Positions 33,429-35,596 of a stretch of DNA of 35,596 nucleotides are shown here, piece after piece. The stretch comes from an uncultured Candidatus Saccharibacteria bacterium (GTDB lineage Bacteria > Patescibacteriota > Minisyncoccia > Phycocordibacterales > GWA1-40-21): NCBI GenBank assembly GCA_964455475.1, contig CAYVWL010000003.1:1-35596 (forward strand). Reading direction: 5' to 3'. Under the pieces are notes generated by a model. It was not told the origin of the DNA and did not search any database. It was given only the letters and a program-made list of their open reading frames with translations. Position numbers and translations under genes: made by a program. Within the stretch, counting starts at the first letter, position 1; every line of letters begins with the position of its first letter.

Positions 33429-33839
33429 ATGACCGAAACACATAAAGAACATAAATATATTGAGACCGTGGGCCGAAGAAAGACCTCTATTGCCCGCGCC
33501 CGCCTGACCCCAAGTGCCAAGGCCTCTATTACGGTCAATGAAAAGTCTGTCGATGATTATTTTAAGGTAGCGGAATATAAAGCGATCGTCCTATCAGCTA
33601 TTGATGAGTTGAAATTAGAGCAGAAATTTGCCGTCACCGTGATGGTCAAGGGTGGAGGAGTAAACTCCCAAGCCGAGGCTATCCGCCACGCTATCGCTCG
33701 CGCTTTGATTGTTCATGATATTTCCTTGAGAAAAGATTTGAAAAAAGCTGGTTACCTAAAAAGAGATCCTCGAGCTAAGGAACGCCGAAAGTTCGGCCTC
33801 AAAAAAGCCCGCAAGGCTCCTCAGTGGTCCAAACGTTAA
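33429..33839 (+). CDS. rpsI: 30S ribosomal protein S9
   Basis: [12 protein letters not shown]...[25 protein letters not shown]. Confidence 0.95.
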   Translation: MTETHKEHKYIETVGRRKTSIARARLTPSAKASITVNEKSVDDYFKVAEYKAIVLSAIDELKLEQKFAVTVMVKGGGVNSQAEAIRHAIARALIVHDISLRKDLKKAGYLKRDPRAKERRKFGLKKARKAPQWSKR

Positions 33840-33856
33840 TATTATACTGATTCAGA

Positions 33857-33903
33857 CAACCGCCTCGTCATCAGAATGACACTCCTCCTCAACTGAGGTG
33901 GAG
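33857..33903 (+). repeat. repeat family B, diverged copy (CAACCGCCTCGTCATCAGAATGACAC plus hairpin CTCCTCCTC-N5-GAGGTGGAG)
   Basis: Shares its order and most bases with 35542-35590. It sits directly after the rpsI stop. Confidence 0.6.
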
Positions 33904-33970
33904 ATTGTTCGAGCCTACGGCACTTTATTCGCTTTTTTGATTATTTTGCATTTTTTGCTATAATAGGCCG

Positions 33971-34570
33971 ATGACAAATGATAATGATGAGGTAAAAAAG
34001 GATGATTCAGTGACCACAGAGGATACTTCGGAGGTGGTTTATGATGCCGATATTGATAGCGACAATATGAGTGATCCGAAGGAAAAGATTGCCAAACTGA
34101 AAGAAAAGCTAAAGAAACTCCAGGCGGAAAAAGACGAATACATGAACGGCTGGCAGAGAGAGCGAGCGGATTTTGTAAACTTTAAAAAACGCGCCGAGGA
34201 AGAGAAAAAGGAATATATAAAATTTGCTAATGAAAATCTGTTGGAGGAGATGCTCACCGTGCTCGAAAGTTTTGATATGGCTTTTATGAATAAAGAGCAG
34301 TGGAATTCTGTACCACAAAATTGGCGGGTGGGGGTGGAATACATTCATTCACAGCTGGTTAAAATTTTGGATGATAATGGGCTAAAAGAATTTGTACCAA
34401 AAATCGGTGAAAAATTTGATGTAAAACTGCATGTGGCGGAGGAGATGAAGCTGGTCACAGATGAGGCACAGGATAATTCCATTATAGAAATAAAAAAGAA
34501 GGGGTATATCATGAATGGTAAAATCATCATTGCGCCAAAAGTGGTGGTAGGGGAGTTTAAGAAAGTATAA
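33971..34570 (+). CDS. grpE: nucleotide exchange factor GrpE
   Basis: WQRERADFVNFKKR...LESFD motifs. TGcTATAAT lies 6 nt upstream of ATG. Confidence 0.92.
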   Translation: MTNDNDEVKKDDSVTTEDTSEVVYDADIDSDNMSDPKEKIAKLKEKLKKLQAEKDEYMNGWQRERADFVNFKKRAEEEKKEYIKFANENLLEEMLTVLESFDMAFMNKEQWNSVPQNWRVGVEYIHSQLVKILDDNGLKEFVPKIGEKFDVKLHVAEEMKLVTDEAQDNSIIEIKKKGYIMNGKIIIAPKVVVGEFKKV

Positions 34571-34604
34571 GTATAGGTATTTGGTATGGGTATTGCATAT
34601 TTTT

Positions 34605-34645
34605 GATGAAATAAACGATACGCGGTCGCGTGTCAGTTATTTCAT
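34605..34645 (+). repeat. repeat family C copy 1 (41-nt palindrome GATGAAATAA...ACGCGGTCGCGT...TTATTTCAT)
   Basis: 38/41 identical to 35115-35155, in direct orientation. Confidence 0.9.
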
Positions 34646-34685
34646 GACCACGAGACTGTGAATTTGATAATGCGTATATATGTTG

Positions 34686-34712
34686 ATGCGCCGAGGGGTT
34701 TCCTCGGCGCAT
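34686..34712 (-). terminator. 11-bp perfect GC hairpin downstream of the minus-strand 91-aa gene
   Basis: ATGCGCCGAGG-GGTTT-CCTCGGCGCAT. No U-tract. Confidence 0.45.
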
Positions 34713-34741
34713 GCCAGACAGTGTCTGGATTTCACTCGTGC

Positions 34742-35017
34742 TCAGGTGGCTGTGGTCTCGGAGATGAAGACGCGCTTCAGATGACTGAGAATTGCGTCAG
34801 CCGTGTGATCGGCATTATCCAAACGTGCAGTTCCGTCACTGCCTGACTCCAACAGCAATTTCTCGAGTGCCTCTGGCATTGCTGCTAGGATCATATCCTT
34901 CATGACGTCAGGCGTCTCACGTAGAAGTAGAAGTAGGTCCTCCCGGCCACCACCCTCTGCCTTTTTGAGATCAGACTCAAAATAGCGACACAACCATGCT
35001 TGGGTATTTTCCATCAC
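34742..35017 (-). CDS. hypothetical acidic helical protein (about 90 aa)
   Basis: AAGGAGG lies 7 nt upstream of ATG35014 (GTG35017 is the alternative start). Candidate upstream promoter TTGATT-16-TAATAT. Confidence 0.6.
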   Translation of the reverse strand: MMENTQAWLCRYFESDLKKAEGGGREDLLLLLRETPDVMKDMILAAMPEALEKLLLESGSDGTARLDNADHTADAILSHLKRVFISETTAT

Positions 35018-35114
35018 ATCACCTCCTTACAAGTCGCCTTACTGGGGCGAGTACTGTTCCAGCATAAATATTACACTTATTTTGTATTAAATCAATGTAA
35101 TATGAATATTTCCC

Positions 35115-35155
35115 GATGAAATAAATGGTACGCGGTCGCGTGTAAGTTATTTCAT
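35115..35155 (+). repeat. repeat family C copy 2
   Basis: See 34605-34645. Confidence 0.9.
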
Positions 35156-35174
35156 TATTGATACCTGAATATTT

Positions 35175-35201
35175 TTGACATTTTCAAAAATATGCTATAA
35201 T
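35175..35201 (+). promoter_or_regulatory. promoter TTGACA-15-TGcTATAAT, 6 nt before ATG
   Basis: Read directly. The ORF-track TTG start coincides with the -35 box. Confidence 0.55.
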
Positions 35202-35207
35202 AGACCT

Positions 35208-35540
35208 ATGTTAGCTATCCAGAACTGGCCCTCCGTCGCTCAGAAGCTATGGACGGGCAAGCAAAAATTCATACAGAAGGCGGTGCAGTTGCCAAATGGC
35301 ACCTGGGCCTTGGTGGTATTTGAACTTGTACAGGTAAATGGCCGGCTGATTGCTCGCGCCGTGTCCGGTAAAATACTTGAGGAGGTACAGGCGGAGAAAG
35401 CAGAGGTTTTGTGCCTACCTTGCATCAAAAGCCCGGCAGAGTTTGTCCCAGTCAAATCCATATTTTCAAATCTTGTTTCCAACCTTTCCAAGGATTTAAG
35501 TTTTGTTATGAGCCAACCTACTCGGGCTCCTAGCTTCTAA
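35208..35540 (+). CDS. hypothetical 110-aa protein
   Basis: ATG35208 is leaderless. The gene ends 1 nt before repeat B copy 2. No family recognised. Confidence 0.55.
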   Translation: MLAIQNWPSVAQKLWTGKQKFIQKAVQLPNGTWALVVFELVQVNGRLIARAVSGKILEEVQAEKAEVLCLPCIKSPAEFVPVKSIFSNLVSNLSKDLSFVMSQPTRAPSF

Positions 35541-35541
35541 C

Positions 35542-35596
35542 CAACCGCCCCGTCCATCAGAATGTCCACCCCGCCTTAACCAAGGCGGGGAAAGGG
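35542..35596 (+). repeat. repeat family B copy 2 (truncated by the window edge)
   Basis: Perfect reverse complement of 94-148. Confidence 0.95.

Noticed and set aside
1-35596. CRISPR arrays, IS elements, integrases, prophage genes or rRNA.
   Set aside because: No regularly spaced direct repeats and no transposase-, integrase- or capsid-like ORFs were found on either strand. The islets therefore cannot be called classical mobile elements from this window alone.

Overview
The window is a 35.6-kb housekeeping region that is coded almost entirely on the plus strand. The genome looks reduced and AT-leaning. The gene set, the truncated enzymes and the lack of SD sites resemble Patescibacteria/CPR, but that is inference only. 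Standard genetic code. Core genes, in order: uvrA, uvrC, ddl, a GlmU-like nucleotidyltransferase, tRNA-Ala(UGC), tRNA-Val(CAC), tRNA-Ala(GGC), a MEMO-like protein, a DUF4105 protein, ychF, leuS, a sigma-region-4/HARE-HTH protein, mltG, mnmA, an ATP-cone/restriction-endonuclease-fold gene overlapping a Cas4-like nuclease gene, alaS, an FtsA/PilM-like gene, infA-rpmJ-rpsM-rpsK-rpsD-rpoA-rplQ-rplM-rpsI and grpE. No transposase, integrase, CRISPR array or rRNA was seen.

Main observations:
1. LeuRS carries a complete Nudix-hydrolase domain inserted after its CP1 editing domain.
2. Five GC-richer islets (about 1-1190, 3823-4250, 6572-6925, 23880-25060 and 34600-35596) interrupt the core genes. They carry their own consensus promoters, mostly strong Shine-Dalgarno sites, GC hairpins and very small genes, several of them hydrophobic peptides. 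The core genes, by contrast, are mostly leaderless or lack an SD site.
3. The islets are tied together by repeat families. A 55-nt element forms a perfect inverted repeat at the two window edges. A 48-nt SD-hairpin repeat brackets uvrA. A 41-nt palindrome brackets a small-gene cassette.
4. Long palindromes sit in frame inside mnmA and uvrC, reminiscent of Rickettsia palindromic elements.
5. Palindromic elements built from tRNA 3' ends lie next to tRNA-Ala and tRNA-Val.
6. A roughly 430-nt GC-rich, ORF-poor, helix-rich segment follows the nuclease gene pair and may be a structured RNA.

All functional interpretations of the small genes and repeats are inference from sequence reading only.
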